Shown here piece after piece: positions 1 through 9,433 of a stretch of 64,000 bases of DNA. Below the pieces are notes generated by a model. The model saw only the letters and a program-made list of their open reading frames with translations, was not told the origin of the DNA and did not search any database. Position numbers and translations under genes: made by a program. The DNA is from Candidatus Woesebacteria bacterium. GTDB lineage: Bacteria; Patescibacteriota; Microgenomatia; UBA8517. Numbering within the stretch: position 1 is the stretch's first letter; every line of letters starts with the position of its first letter. The DNA lies in the NCBI GenBank assembly GCA_016432365.1, contig CP066686.1, positions 874,918 through 938,917 on the forward strand, in the 5' to 3' direction.

Positions 1-59
1 AGACCGGAGTGTCAAATCCAAAAAGGGAGAGAACTCCCAAATCAATCAAGGAGATTGAA

Positions 60-515
60 ATGAACATTCTAGGTTTTTTTCTGCCCATCTGGGCAATTGT
101 CCTTGCAGGCGTTGTTATCGTCCTGCTTTCACTCGTGGGTAGGATTCTTTACGTAAGATTCCTACAAACTAGTGTAAATGCGTTTGTGTTCAGGGTGCGC
201 GCACCGAAGCTTTTCGAAGAATACTTCGGTTCCACCCCCGATCATCGTGACGATCAACTTCGCCCGGTCCAACTGACGAGGGTTATTGAACCACGACTGT
301 TCGAACTTGCCGCCCTACTCAAAAAGGCCTATGAACGGGAAAGTGAACTCCTGGGTAACGGGCATGATATGGGAACATCTTACGAAGTAAAGCGTAATTC
401 GATCTTGAGCGCACGTTCGCTCAAAGAAGAGCGCGAAGTCGCGTTCTACAGTGCACACAAAACGGCCAAAGCCCTGGGCTTCCAGGTGAAAGAGACGGCC
501 TACTATCGCCGCTAA
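60..515 (+). CDS. hypothetical protein with N-terminal TM helix
   Basis: ORF 9..515; AAGGAG SD before ATG at 60; hydrophobic N-terminus; long hairpin downstream. Confidence 0.6.
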   Translation: MNILGFFLPIWAIVLAGVVIVLLSLVGRILYVRFLQTSVNAFVFRVRAPKLFEEYFGSTPDHRDDQLRPVQLTRVIEPRLFELAALLKKAYERESELLGNGHDMGTSYEVKRNSILSARSLKEEREVAFYSAHKTAKALGFQVKETAYYRR

Positions 516-531
516 ATAAATCTGAGAGTTT

Positions 532-614
532 GGGGTTGCAGAGGCAGCCATGGGATTTAGGGTGTGAGAGATCTCACATTTTCTAACTTCTGTGCTGCAA
601 CCCCGTACTACCCT
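532..614. terminator. long imperfect hairpin between convergent genes
   Basis: GGGGTTGCAG (532-541) / CTGCAACCCC (595-604) with inner TGTGAGA/TCTCACA stem. Confidence 0.55.
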
Positions 615-627
615 TCCAAGTCCTATT

Positions 628-1755
628 CTAGGCTCCTATTTTGAATTCCACAACATCACCATCATGCATTACGTAGTCGCGGCCCTCACTCCTGACTTTA
701 CCTTCCTCACGACAAACCTTCCACCCGCCTATGCCCGGCTTCGGTGAGGCAAGTCCACCAATAAAGTCATTAAAATCACAAACATCAGCTTTAATAAACT
801 TCTTGATAAAATCCGTATGAATTACACCGGCGGCTTCCTGAGCACTGATACCTACCGGAATTGTCCAAGCCCTAACTTCCTTCTCCCCCGCTGTTAGAAA
901 GGTAATAAGACCTAGTGTTTTAAATGCTTTTTGAATTAAACGCTCGAGTCCGGACTTTTTAATTCCAAGATCTTCCATATATATTTTCTGGTCTTCAGCT
1001 GAAAGTTCTGCAAGTTCGCTTTCGGTCTTTGCACAAATTGCCACAACTTGATCGAGATTTAATTTAAGTTTTTCAGCGAAAGAAATTTCCAGGTCATGTG
1101 CGTTTACCAAATCTTTTTCATCCACATTTAGTACAACCATAATAGGTTTAGCGGTAAGAAGAGATAGTTGTTTTGCTATTTTTAGTTCCTCCTCTGTTAA
1201 ATTTACCTCTCTGGCGGGGATACCTTTTTGAAGTTCATCTTTTATTTTTAAAACTACTTCCCATCTCTTTTTTAAATCTTTATCCGGAGTATTGCCTGGG
1301 TCTCTTTGATTTTCCAAAGTTTGAAAGTCCGCAAGTTTGAGTTCGGTTTCTACAACATCTAGATCGGTTGCAGGATCTGATACTCCCTGTTTAACAATGT
1401 CAGCATCGGTAAAAGCACGGACTACGTGGCAGATTGCAGAAGTCTCACGGATGTGGGAAAGAAATTTATTTCCCAACCCCTCACCTTTAGAAGCTCCCGC
1501 AATAAGCCCCGCAATATCGACAAATTCTACCGTAGCAGGAACTTCTGGAGGCAAATTGGCCATATTCTCGGCATTTTTTGTGACTTCAGATAATTTTTGA
1601 AGACGTTCATCCGGCACAGGTACAATCCCTATGTTTGGTTCAATCGTTGCGAACGGAAAGTTGGCAACATACGCCTGCTGCTTTTTAAGCAAGGCGTTAA
1701 ATAACGTTGACTTACCTACATTTGGAAGACCCACTATCCCAACAGAAAGTGACAT
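628..1755 (-). CDS. ychF: redox-regulated ATPase YchF (Obg family)
   Basis: GIVGLPNVGKST, ANFPFATIEPN, DIAGL, IHTDF, YVMHDGDVVEF. Confidence 0.97.
   Translation of the reverse strand: MSLSVGIVGLPNVGKSTLFNALLKKQQAYVANFPFATIEPNIGIVPVPDERLQKLSEVTKNAENMANLPPEVPATVEFVDIAGLIAGASKGEGLGNKFLSHIRETSAICHVVRAFTDADIVKQGVSDPATDLDVVETELKLADFQTLENQRDPGNTPDKDLKKRWEVVLKIKDELQKGIPAREVNLTEEELKIAKQLSLLTAKPIMVVLNVDEKDLVNAHDLEISFAEKLKLNLDQVVAICAKTESELAELSAEDQKIYMEDLGIKKSGLERLIQKAFKTLGLITFLTAGEKEVRAWTIPVGISAQEAAGVIHTDFIKKFIKADVCDFNDFIGGLASPKPGIGGWKVCREEGKVRSEGRDYVMHDGDVVEFKIGA
724..753 (+). repeat. 30-nt GC-rich palindromic element inside ychF
   Basis: CCCGCCTATGCCCGGCTTCGGTGAGGCAAG; same architecture as 41973-42001, 43588-43617, 21745-21792. 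Confidence 0.65.
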
Positions 1756-1771
1756 ACGCGTATTTTAACAT

Positions 1772-2485
1772 TTATTTATACTGCTTTGAGACGTAGTCGA
1801 ATTCTTTTCGAGCTTGATCAACTTTACTCCCTTCTGCCTCTACCTGAACACGGGTTTCCGCAAGTATTCCTAATATTTTTTCTACATCAGCATTTGGGGA
1901 ATTTAAAAGCCGTTTTAAATCATAAATATCCCTGTCATCTGTGTGTCTTTCTTTTGAAGTATCAACGCCATCTTTTAACAAATAAAGCTTGTGAATCTTT
2001 TGAGCAAGAAGATCGTTAATCTCAACCACTTGAACATTAATTCTTTCCCCTTGAGAATCGATCAAAAGGGCTGGTACATACCATGTTGTATTTTCCTTCG
2101 TATAAAGTACTATCTCCAACCTCCTTCTATCGAAAAAGGATTTAGATTCATCATCTTCACGATATTCACTTTTTGTGTCCGTCTGTTTATGGGTTTTCCA
2201 CTTAGTTGTTTCACTAAAAACGATTTTCTCTTCAATCGAAGAAAATATTTGTCTGGAGTCATGGAGATCATCTATTAAAATATGTATATCCACGTCTCCG
2301 TGTGGCCTTGTAATATTTCCGCCACATAAAGCTTCGGTGGCGTAACCCCCAGTCAACACGACAACGAAACCATTTGCTTCAGCATACATATTCAAAGATT
2401 TTATAGTAGCTAAGTCCAAATCAGCTTTCCTAATCTGCTCCGGAGTTATCGGAACTGTTAACTTATTGATATTGTGATTTTCCAT
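1772..2485 (-). CDS. nucleotidyltransferase, aminoglycoside/lincosamide adenylyltransferase-like
   Basis: GGYATEAL..G.ITRPHGDVDI matches the GG...TRxHxDxD Pol-beta NTase motif. Confidence 0.65.
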   Translation of the reverse strand: MENHNINKLTVPITPEQIRKADLDLATIKSLNMYAEANGFVVVLTGGYATEALCGGNITRPHGDVDIHILIDDLHDSRQIFSSIEEKIVFSETTKWKTHKQTDTKSEYREDDESKSFFDRRRLEIVLYTKENTTWYVPALLIDSQGERINVQVVEINDLLAQKIHKLYLLKDGVDTSKERHTDDRDIYDLKRLLNSPNADVEKILGILAETRVQVEAEGSKVDQARKEFDYVSKQYK

Positions 2486-2598
2486 ACTACGATTTTACCA
2501 TTAAAAAATGGCATCCCGACAGAAAGCGAAGTGATTAGATTTTAGCATACCCTCTCCCCCATTTTTACTCGTCAGAAAAGAGGTGTATAATTCCCGCC

Positions 2599-3789
2599 AT
2601 GAAACAGGAAATACTGTTTGCCGAAGCAAAAAACCTCAAGACCGAATTTACATTTTCAAAACTGGACCCGGAAGAAAAAGAAATTGTGGCCGCACTTGTC
2701 TCGTGGTCCAATCCTGCTAAGTACACAGGACAGATCGAACAACTTCACGGCAGAAGTGTGGTTATTAAAAGCCCAACAAGACATGTTTCGGATCCTACTG
2801 ACTTTTTTATGGAAAAATATGACGGAATCCAAATTTTCGGATTTGGAGGCGCAAGGGCAATGATTCGTGAGGGTGTTGCAGAAGTACCAAGCAAAATTGA
2901 AATTACACAACTTAACGAGACCAATCACTCAAACGAGCTTGCAGCAATTATTCAACTTAGAGACTTCGACGACAAAGGCAGACTTAAAACATGGAATAGA
3001 CCTTACGCCCCAATGCATGGAATGGACCAAACCGAGGCAAAGGCCAGAAAGGCAATAACAGTAAAAATTGCCGATTATCACAGCAAGGTCTTAAAAGAAC
3101 AGGGAGTTCCCTTTTTTTCTGTTCCCGAATTTGTTGCAGAAGGTTTTTTTCCCGACAAAAAAGATCCTTCCGGCAACCCTTTAGTTTTCCAGGCATACAG
3201 AGTCCCGATAATTGACAGATTCCCCTCTCAGTTAATCCAAACCGCTCAATCGGAGAGTGTTGAAATCATGTTTCATCGCTTGCAAACATTTTCTTTCCTG
3301 GCAGGCAGATTTTTTAGAACACTTCACCAGACATTCGACTTAGCTTATATGGATGGACACCTGGGAAATATGAGTCTTCTTAGAACTGAGAAAAAAGCCG
3401 GAATTTATGCAACCGATTTGGGAAGCGCCAAAGATATAAAAAGCCACCCATTTGCTGAAAAATTCAGAGGAATTGATATTTATACTTATATAGCAACATC
3501 ACGCAGTCTTATGGCAAGTTATGCTGGCTTTTTGGAGGCACGGCATGGGCAGGATAAAGCAATAAAAGATTTCCAAAACTTACTTACATTTATAAGTATT
3601 TCCGGCCTTGCTTCCGGATATTTTGAAACAGAAATAACAAAAGGTGAAAACATGTCTACAATAAAAGTTATAAAGAACGGGGAAAAGTTTGGAAATGATC
3701 TAATGAAGATATTCTCCCCAAATAGTAGTCCTCAGGTCTCACTGGATATGTTTGAGGTATACCTTAAAGAAATCACAGAAAATAACTAA
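2599..3789 (+). CDS. hypothetical protein, possible kinase-like fold
   Basis: 396 aa; DGHLGN...TDLG resembles catalytic-loop and DFG-like motifs; TATAAT 7 nt before ATG. Confidence 0.5.
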   Translation: MKQEILFAEAKNLKTEFTFSKLDPEEKEIVAALVSWSNPAKYTGQIEQLHGRSVVIKSPTRHVSDPTDFFMEKYDGIQIFGFGGARAMIREGVAEVPSKIEITQLNETNHSNELAAIIQLRDFDDKGRLKTWNRPYAPMHGMDQTEAKARKAITVKIADYHSKVLKEQGVPFFSVPEFVAEGFFPDKKDPSGNPLVFQAYRVPIIDRFPSQLIQTAQSESVEIMFHRLQTFSFLAGRFFRTLHQTFDLAYMDGHLGNMSLLRTEKKAGIYATDLGSAKDIKSHPFAEKFRGIDIYTYIATSRSLMASYAGFLEARHGQDKAIKDFQNLLTFISISGLASGYFETEITKGENMSTIKVIKNGEKFGNDLMKIFSPNSSPQVSLDMFEVYLKEITENN

Positions 3790-3791
3790 GC

Positions 3792-4274
3792 TCACTCACT
3801 CAATTTTCTTTTAGGAAAAGGGAGACCTGCTTCAACCACTTTCTTGGCAAAATTCAAAAAAAGGGCATCGCTTTTATCTGCAGAGATTTCGATAGTTTTC
3901 CCCTCCACCACCACGATTTTTAGTATCGGTCTTGATTCCTTTTCAAGATGATTAAACCTAATAATTTCCGTTGACGGATGCCTCATTGCCCGTCTGGCAT
4001 TATGATCACCAACCGGATGAACCGAAAACTCAACGCTTACAGGATCAGAAAAACCCGTTAGTGCCAAATTCATGTGTTCAGCAATTCTATTCGCCACACC
4101 CACAGCACCAGAGGCTGCATCTTGAATATCCTCAGTAGACAATACCTTAACTTTAAAATTATCCGGCTGTGAGTCTAAAATCTCCACTCTAAAGTCCGGC
4201 TTTGCATTCGCAAGAACATCAGCCTCGTAAATACTAAAATCTTGCTCGTCAAATTTACCCGTCTGCGCTTCCAT
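3792..4274 (-). CDS. hypothetical protein
   Basis: 160 aa ORF; TGnTATAAT 6 nt before ATG. Confidence 0.6.
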   Translation of the reverse strand: MEAQTGKFDEQDFSIYEADVLANAKPDFRVEILDSQPDNFKVKVLSTEDIQDAASGAVGVANRIAEHMNLALTGFSDPVSVEFSVHPVGDHNARRAMRHPSTEIIRFNHLEKESRPILKIVVVEGKTIEISADKSDALFLNFAKKVVEAGLPFPKRKLSE

Positions 4275-4291
4275 GGACTTATTATATCAAA

Positions 4292-4957
4292 CTAATAAAC
4301 TATCTTTACCCTTCCCCCGTTAAACGTTGCCTCGGCGCCATTTAGCGATTTAATTTGTACTCGATAAACATTTTGGCCCCTCCAAAAATAAAGTCTCCCA
4401 GATGCAGTCCTAACACCGATTGTGTTATTGCTTTCGAGTTCACTTCCATTGACGGCAATTTTATTTGTCGTATCATAAAGTCGGACAAATACTTTGCTTC
4501 CGGAGCTTGATATCTTGATTGATGCATCCCAATCAACATAACTGTCTTTACCATATTCAGTCTCTAAATTGATTGGCGTATCAGTCCCGGCAATGTCAAC
4601 CCAATCGGTATTTGTTGTAGTAAACGTCCCGTTTAAATTCAGATATGCAGTCTTTTTTACGGATGAAGTAGCTGTGACAACTTTGCCGGGTGTTGGTGTT
4701 TGTGTAGCTACAGGAGTCGGCGTCTGCGACTTTAAAACAGACACGACGACTTGAGTGACGTAATCTTTTATTTCATTTAAATCTACCTGCTGTGCAATTG
4801 TATTGGCCCCATCTTGTGTGGTAATTTTGTTGTCTTTAACTTTTTTAACTTCACCCAAAAGAAAAAGAAAACTGGCCGTCAACGCCACTATGCAAATTAG
4901 GAAAAATATATGTACCAACGTATCCGAAGTTACCTTTTTGCCATTCACTAAAGCCAT
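4292..4957 (-). CDS. membrane-anchored exported protein with TP linker
   Basis: N-terminal TM, TPTP repeats, beta-rich C-terminal domain. Confidence 0.7.
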   Translation of the reverse strand: MALVNGKKVTSDTLVHIFFLICIVALTASFLFLLGEVKKVKDNKITTQDGANTIAQQVDLNEIKDYVTQVVVSVLKSQTPTPVATQTPTPGKVVTATSSVKKTAYLNLNGTFTTTNTDWVDIAGTDTPINLETEYGKDSYVDWDASIKISSSGSKVFVRLYDTTNKIAVNGSELESNNTIGVRTASGRLYFWRGQNVYRVQIKSLNGAEATFNGGRVKIVY

Positions 4958-5034
4958 ATTAAAATCTTAACCCTTTTTATCCACAACTTCAATTTGTCGA
5001 GAGTCACAGAACTGTCATATGTTTTAACTAGATA

Positions 5035-5277
5035 TTAGAACAGTCTGCTAATGACAAGGACTAAAAGTGAACCTGCAACAGCAACTATAAAGGATGTTAA
5101 GTTAAATCCGGTAACACCGACTCCAAAAAATCTTTGTCCCAGATAACCACCTACAACAGCTCCGATAATCCCCAGGATGATTGATCCAACAATTCCACCC
5201 ATCGAACTGGGAGAAATAAAATTGGCAATCGCCCCTGCGATAAGTCCAAAAATAACCCAATAAATAATTTCAGTCAT
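5035..5277 (-). CDS. GlsB/YeaQ/YmgE family stress membrane protein
   Basis: WVIFGLIAGAIA...GIIGAVVGG...AVAGSLLVL pattern. Confidence 0.85.
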   Translation of the reverse strand: MTEIIYWVIFGLIAGAIANFISPSSMGGIVGSIILGIIGAVVGGYLGQRFFGVGVTGFNLTSFIVAVAGSLLVLVISRLF

Positions 5278-5290
5278 ATCTATCACCCCC

Positions 5291-5485
5291 TTATTTTGTC
5301 TGATTAACGTTTACATCAATCTCACTGGGTATATTTACCTGCGGGGTTCCCATTTGTCTAAGCGCGGGAAGCCCATACACAAATCCCAGATAACCCAAAA
5401 TAACCAAAACTACAATTACAACGATCATTCCCATGGGTCCACCTGAATTGTCGGAAGACGGCGGATTGTTTACAATAGTTGTCAT
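5291..5485 (-). CDS. small single-TM protein
   Basis: 64 aa, one TM, SD GAGGTG upstream. Confidence 0.7.
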   Translation of the reverse strand: MTTIVNNPPSSDNSGGPMGMIVVIVVLVILGYLGFVYGLPALRQMGTPQVNIPSEIDVNVNQTK

Positions 5486-5565
5486 ATAATATTCACCTCT
5501 TTTCCAAAAAGGCTGGCATTTAAACCTTTAATTTTGATTCAAATGCCAAGTCTTTACCCTAGAAC

Positions 5566-5820
5566 CTAAAGCTTGCTCTTAACAGCTTTTTTTGCCTCCT
5601 CAACTTTCTTCTCTCCTTGACTAACCACGTCCTTGGCCTGATCGGCAACACCCGCCGCAACCTCTTCTACTTTATCCTTAACTTCATTAAACTTTTTACC
5701 AATTGCTTTCCTATTTTTTTCCTCGGAAAGAACAACTGCTGTTGCCCCTACTGCTGCTCCTACTACGGCTCCTACCACCCCAGCGGCAATAGGACTCATC
5801 CCTTTGTCATTATTTGCCAT
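5566..5820 (-). CDS. YtxH-like general stress protein
   Basis: GAVVGAAVGA TM followed by charged amphipathic helix. Confidence 0.7.
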   Translation of the reverse strand: MANNDKGMSPIAAGVVGAVVGAAVGATAVVLSEEKNRKAIGKKFNEVKDKVEEVAAGVADQAKDVVSQGEKKVEEAKKAVKSKL

Positions 5821-6046
5821 CTTTAACACCCCCCTTCTTTACGAACATATCCTTCAAATAAATAATTCCTTTTTTAATAAAATCCTTAAGTACTTCTGCA
5901 TCTTTTGCAATAGCGTCTACTTTTTCTAAAATTGAAGTTAGTTCTTTAAGAGTGTTGGAAAGGTTAAATGCCGAGTACGACACAAACCCTACCAGTACTA
6001 AAAATCCGATTGCCAAAGAGTAATTTAGAAGATCGTAAGAATTCAT
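5810..6046 (-). CDS. small TM plus coiled-coil protein (DUF948-like)
   Basis: N-terminal TM plus heptad region; coupled to the YtxH-like gene. Confidence 0.6.
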   Translation of the reverse strand: MNSYDLLNYSLAIGFLVLVGFVSYSAFNLSNTLKELTSILEKVDAIAKDAEVLKDFIKKGIIYLKDMFVKKGGVKDGK

Positions 6047-6054
6047 ACTCTTAG

Positions 6055-6351
6055 TTATGTTGATTTTCCGGTAACTTCAAAAATACTTTTAATCTGGGGG
6101 TTTGTGACCTTGTAGAATATATTTTTACCTTGACGCCTAGATTTAACCAGCCCTGTAAGCCTTAATATTTTTAAATGTTGGGAGGTGTTAGATTTTCTGA
6201 CCTTTAGAACTTTTGATAGTTCATTGACCGTAACTTCGAAATTCATAGTCATACTTAGAATTTCGAGTCTTTTGGAGTTGGCAATAGCTTTGAACAGTTC
6301 GGCCATTTGTTCGTAAACTTTTGGTGTGTATGAAAGTTTATTTGTTACCAT
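6055..6351 (-). CDS. ArsR/SmtB family transcriptional regulator
   Basis: FKAIANSKRLEIL...TVNEL...SQHLKILR..GLV..RRQGK..FY. Confidence 0.9.
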   Translation of the reverse strand: MVTNKLSYTPKVYEQMAELFKAIANSKRLEILSMTMNFEVTVNELSKVLKVRKSNTSQHLKILRLTGLVKSRRQGKNIFYKVTNPQIKSIFEVTGKST

Positions 6352-6368
6352 ATCTAATATGCTAATAT

Positions 6369-6475
6369 GTTACATATTTGTAACATGTATACGACCCCCT
6401 GTCAATATGCAAACAGTACCACTTGACAAAGTTTGGTATCTGCGATGTAATGAAACTAAGTTACTGATTTGTAAC
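6369..6475. promoter_or_regulatory. divergent sigma70 promoters with two GTTAC-N6-GTAAC operator-like palindromes
   Basis: GTTACatatttGTAAC 6369-6384 and GTTACtgatttGTAAC 6460-6475; TTGACA on both strands with 17-nt spacers. Confidence 0.6.
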
Positions 6476-6484
6476 TATACGTAA

Positions 6485-6907
6485 ATGAAAAAAATTTTGA
6501 TTGTCGAAGACGAACCATCTTTCCTTAACCTACTCCACAAAGAGTTAACTTCAAAAGGATATACAGTAGTTGACGCTAAGGACGGAAAGGAGGGCTACGA
6601 TACCGCAGTGCTTGTTAAACCGGATCTTATTCTTCTCGACATACTTATGCCCGGAGTTGACGGCCTCACCATGCTCGAACTTCTGAGAAAAAGCAAGGAA
6701 GGAAAGGACATGAAGGTTATTATTCTCACCAATTTGGAATTAGACAATAACGTTATGAAACGGGCGCTGGATGCCAAACCTCTTTATTACTTCGTAAAAA
6801 GCGATATCGCCCTTTCCGCCTTAATTGAAAAAATAGATGAAGAGCTAATGGAGCAGGAGGTAAAAGAGCTGGTCGAAGAAGACAACGAACATAAAGGAAT
6901 CATTTGA
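6485..6907 (+). CDS. stand-alone response regulator receiver (CheY-like)
   Basis: KILIVEDE, PDLILLDILMPGVDG, IILTN, YFVKS. Confidence 0.9.
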   Translation: MKKILIVEDEPSFLNLLHKELTSKGYTVVDAKDGKEGYDTAVLVKPDLILLDILMPGVDGLTMLELLRKSKEGKDMKVIILTNLELDNNVMKRALDAKPLYYFVKSDIALSALIEKIDEELMEQEVKELVEEDNEHKGII

Positions 6908-6915
6908 TACCCGCA

Positions 6916-7158
6916 ATGAATGCTATTATCTGGATCGCAATCGGAATAATCAGAGGTTGGCTAATTGCAACATTTGTAAAACACTCCACAAGCAATCTTA
7001 TCGATCTGATCTTCGGGCTTGTGGGCAGTTTAGTTGGTGCCTTTATTGCCAGTTCACTAATAGGTATTCCGTCAACAAGTGCCTTTACTTTTATATCGGC
7101 CGCGGTCGGAGCCGTGGTTTTTATTTTTCTGGGAAGACTTCACGAAATATTCAAGTGA
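6916..7158 (+). CDS. GlsB/YeaQ/YmgE-like membrane protein
   Basis: WIAIGII.GWL...GLVGSLVG...SAAVGAVV pattern. Confidence 0.7.
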   Translation: MNAIIWIAIGIIRGWLIATFVKHSTSNLIDLIFGLVGSLVGAFIASSLIGIPSTSAFTFISAAVGAVVFIFLGRLHEIFK

Positions 7159-7176
7159 GTGTAAATTGCACTCGCT

Positions 7177-9399
7177 TTACTTGGCAATTGTTTTTAAAGC
7201 TTTTAGTAGGGCCGGCTCAACCTCAAGTGCCATATCATACCTCCCTCCAGAATATTCATGTTTGTCTAGAATAAACTTATATCTATTTGCACCACGGTTG
7301 CGATTTATCCTCTTGAATACGCGTCTAAGACCATATTCAAAAGCTTTCGGATCGCCAACATCTGAAAATTTAATTTTTACACTCCTCTTAAAAAAATCCC
7401 TACCCTCAACCAAACCTCGTTCTTTCCAGTGCTTTGACCAAAATACTGAAGTGTTTTTATAGACATAGTCCTTATCGTTAACTTTAAAAAATAGCTTATT
7501 TTGGACCGCCTCCGGCGAAAATGTTATAACCCTCTTACTTAATTCGGTTTTAGAAAAGTCTTTAGCAAGTTTTCCCAGTTTTTCTCTAAAACCACGAGTG
7601 AGTCCTTTACTCAGGGGTCGGCTGTAAAGCAACCTCCTGTAACGAGCCCAGGCCGCCTTAGTCCAATTCCTGGGCTTTTCCCTAATTCGAATCTTGTTAA
7701 AATCATATTCTTTGACAACAAATTTAGTTTTTATGGTTTTTAACTCCAATGTTTTTTCCAACCTACCAACATCAATTACCACCTTTCTTTCAGGCATGGG
7801 GATCCTCTCCCCAGGCCGAATATACGGGGTATACTCCTCCCTTTCAACTTTCATCCCATGTAATAAGCGGAGCCTCATGGCAAGTGGAATTTTATCCATA
7901 TTTATTGCCGGAACCGTAAATTCATATTTTCCTTTTGAAGTTTCGGGGAATTTTAAAGACAACCCACCACCTTCAGAACGCACCACTCTTGTTGAGTTGA
8001 AAAAATTTTGTACAAATGGAAGATAATCCGACCTTGAAAACATTCTAAATACGGCATAGAACATACTTGCTTCCGGAGGTTTTTTGGTAATCCCCAATTC
8101 ATAATTTAAAATGTCATCGTGTTCCCTTATGTATTCGCTCGATACATTTAACATCCCATTTCTGCTGATCGTAGCGTTATTCAAAACATGTGACGTCACT
8201 TTGCTCCTATCTTTTGTATGGTGTACCACCGGGCTTTTAACCTTAGTCGCCGGGACTACTCCTTTTGCATCAGGTTTTTCCAAACCATAAATTGCACCGG
8301 ATAAAAGTATCGCCAAAATAACATCGGCATCTTGCATGGATTCATGGACAGACGGCCTTACCTCTATCCTATCAGTCGAGTATCTTAAAAGATTTTGTCT
8401 ATTCACCTCCAAGGCAAATTTGATTAATTTCTCAGATTGAACATGATATTTATTTATTAACACAAACATAGCATCATAAAATGCTTTAGTTATGCCTTGT
8501 GTAATCAGTTTGGCTTTTGAGGAAAATGCAGGATTTTTATCATTTAAAATGTTCCCATTTTTATTCCAAAAGCTTACGTTGATATGAAAGCTCGGATGTG
8601 AGGTTAATTCCAAACCATACTTAACTGCTTTATCGTAAAGTGAATTAAGAACTACCTGGCGGCTTTTAAGAGACATCTCCGGTGATAATGGCTTGACCTT
8701 CAGCTCTAATATGCTCTGAGCATCGTAATACCCGTTTCCATCTCTGGTCTTACCGAAAAGGGGCTCCAGAATATTCTTTGTCTTCGGATCCAATTCTATA
8801 AGATCATACATAAGCATTTCTCTAGCATTGAACTTTTTAACTGCAAAATACTTTTCCTTTAACCTTTTGCGTTCCCCAGATTCAACCGCCGCATCTATTT
8901 CTGTTCTCAATTCCCTAAGGACTTTACGTTTTACAGATCTTGCATGATAAAAACCTTTAACGGGTTTTTCGTTTGTAGAAAATTCCATTTCTAACCCAAC
9001 CTTGACTTCTGTGATTCCAAATTTTCGTAAAATACGCATTTGATTTTCAATTTCTTCGGGGATTTTTTCTCTGAGTGGCCAGGTAAACGGTTTTTCTTTT
9101 GTGGGGTATGGAAACCCATCTTCATGGATTGTCGTTGCTTGCCTGATAAGAAGCTGACTCCTGGCGGCCATATCCACGAGTGCCTCATATTTTGTCCCAG
9201 AAAGATGGGGGGAAATGTCGCTTAGTGCTTCAGGGGTTAACGAAGCAAAATCGGCAATGGAAAGCTCAAAAGGAGTCTCTATGCGTGTATAGCCGTTGTC
9301 ACGTCGCCTCTTAAGCAAAATGCCATTACGTTCATACTCTGCCTTTTTTTCGTCTCCCACAGGCATGGGATAATCTAAAGTTACGCCTTCTTTTGACAT
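7177..9399 (-). CDS. large protein with glutamine-synthetase-like (carboxylate-amine ligase) catalytic motifs
   Basis: GLEMEF, LELK, SFHINVSFW..NGN, NRQNLLR, RIEVRP in GS order. Confidence 0.6.
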   Translation of the reverse strand: MSKEGVTLDYPMPVGDEKKAEYERNGILLKRRRDNGYTRIETPFELSIADFASLTPEALSDISPHLSGTKYEALVDMAARSQLLIRQATTIHEDGFPYPTKEKPFTWPLREKIPEEIENQMRILRKFGITEVKVGLEMEFSTNEKPVKGFYHARSVKRKVLRELRTEIDAAVESGERKRLKEKYFAVKKFNAREMLMYDLIELDPKTKNILEPLFGKTRDGNGYYDAQSILELKVKPLSPEMSLKSRQVVLNSLYDKAVKYGLELTSHPSFHINVSFWNKNGNILNDKNPAFSSKAKLITQGITKAFYDAMFVLINKYHVQSEKLIKFALEVNRQNLLRYSTDRIEVRPSVHESMQDADVILAILLSGAIYGLEKPDAKGVVPATKVKSPVVHHTKDRSKVTSHVLNNATISRNGMLNVSSEYIREHDDILNYELGITKKPPEASMFYAVFRMFSRSDYLPFVQNFFNSTRVVRSEGGGLSLKFPETSKGKYEFTVPAINMDKIPLAMRLRLLHGMKVEREEYTPYIRPGERIPMPERKVVIDVGRLEKTLELKTIKTKFVVKEYDFNKIRIREKPRNWTKAAWARYRRLLYSRPLSKGLTRGFREKLGKLAKDFSKTELSKRVITFSPEAVQNKLFFKVNDKDYVYKNTSVFWSKHWKERGLVEGRDFFKRSVKIKFSDVGDPKAFEYGLRRVFKRINRNRGANRYKFILDKHEYSGGRYDMALEVEPALLKALKTIAK

Positions 9400-9433
9400 G
9401 GCAGGTATTATACACCTTTTTGCAAGTTATAGG

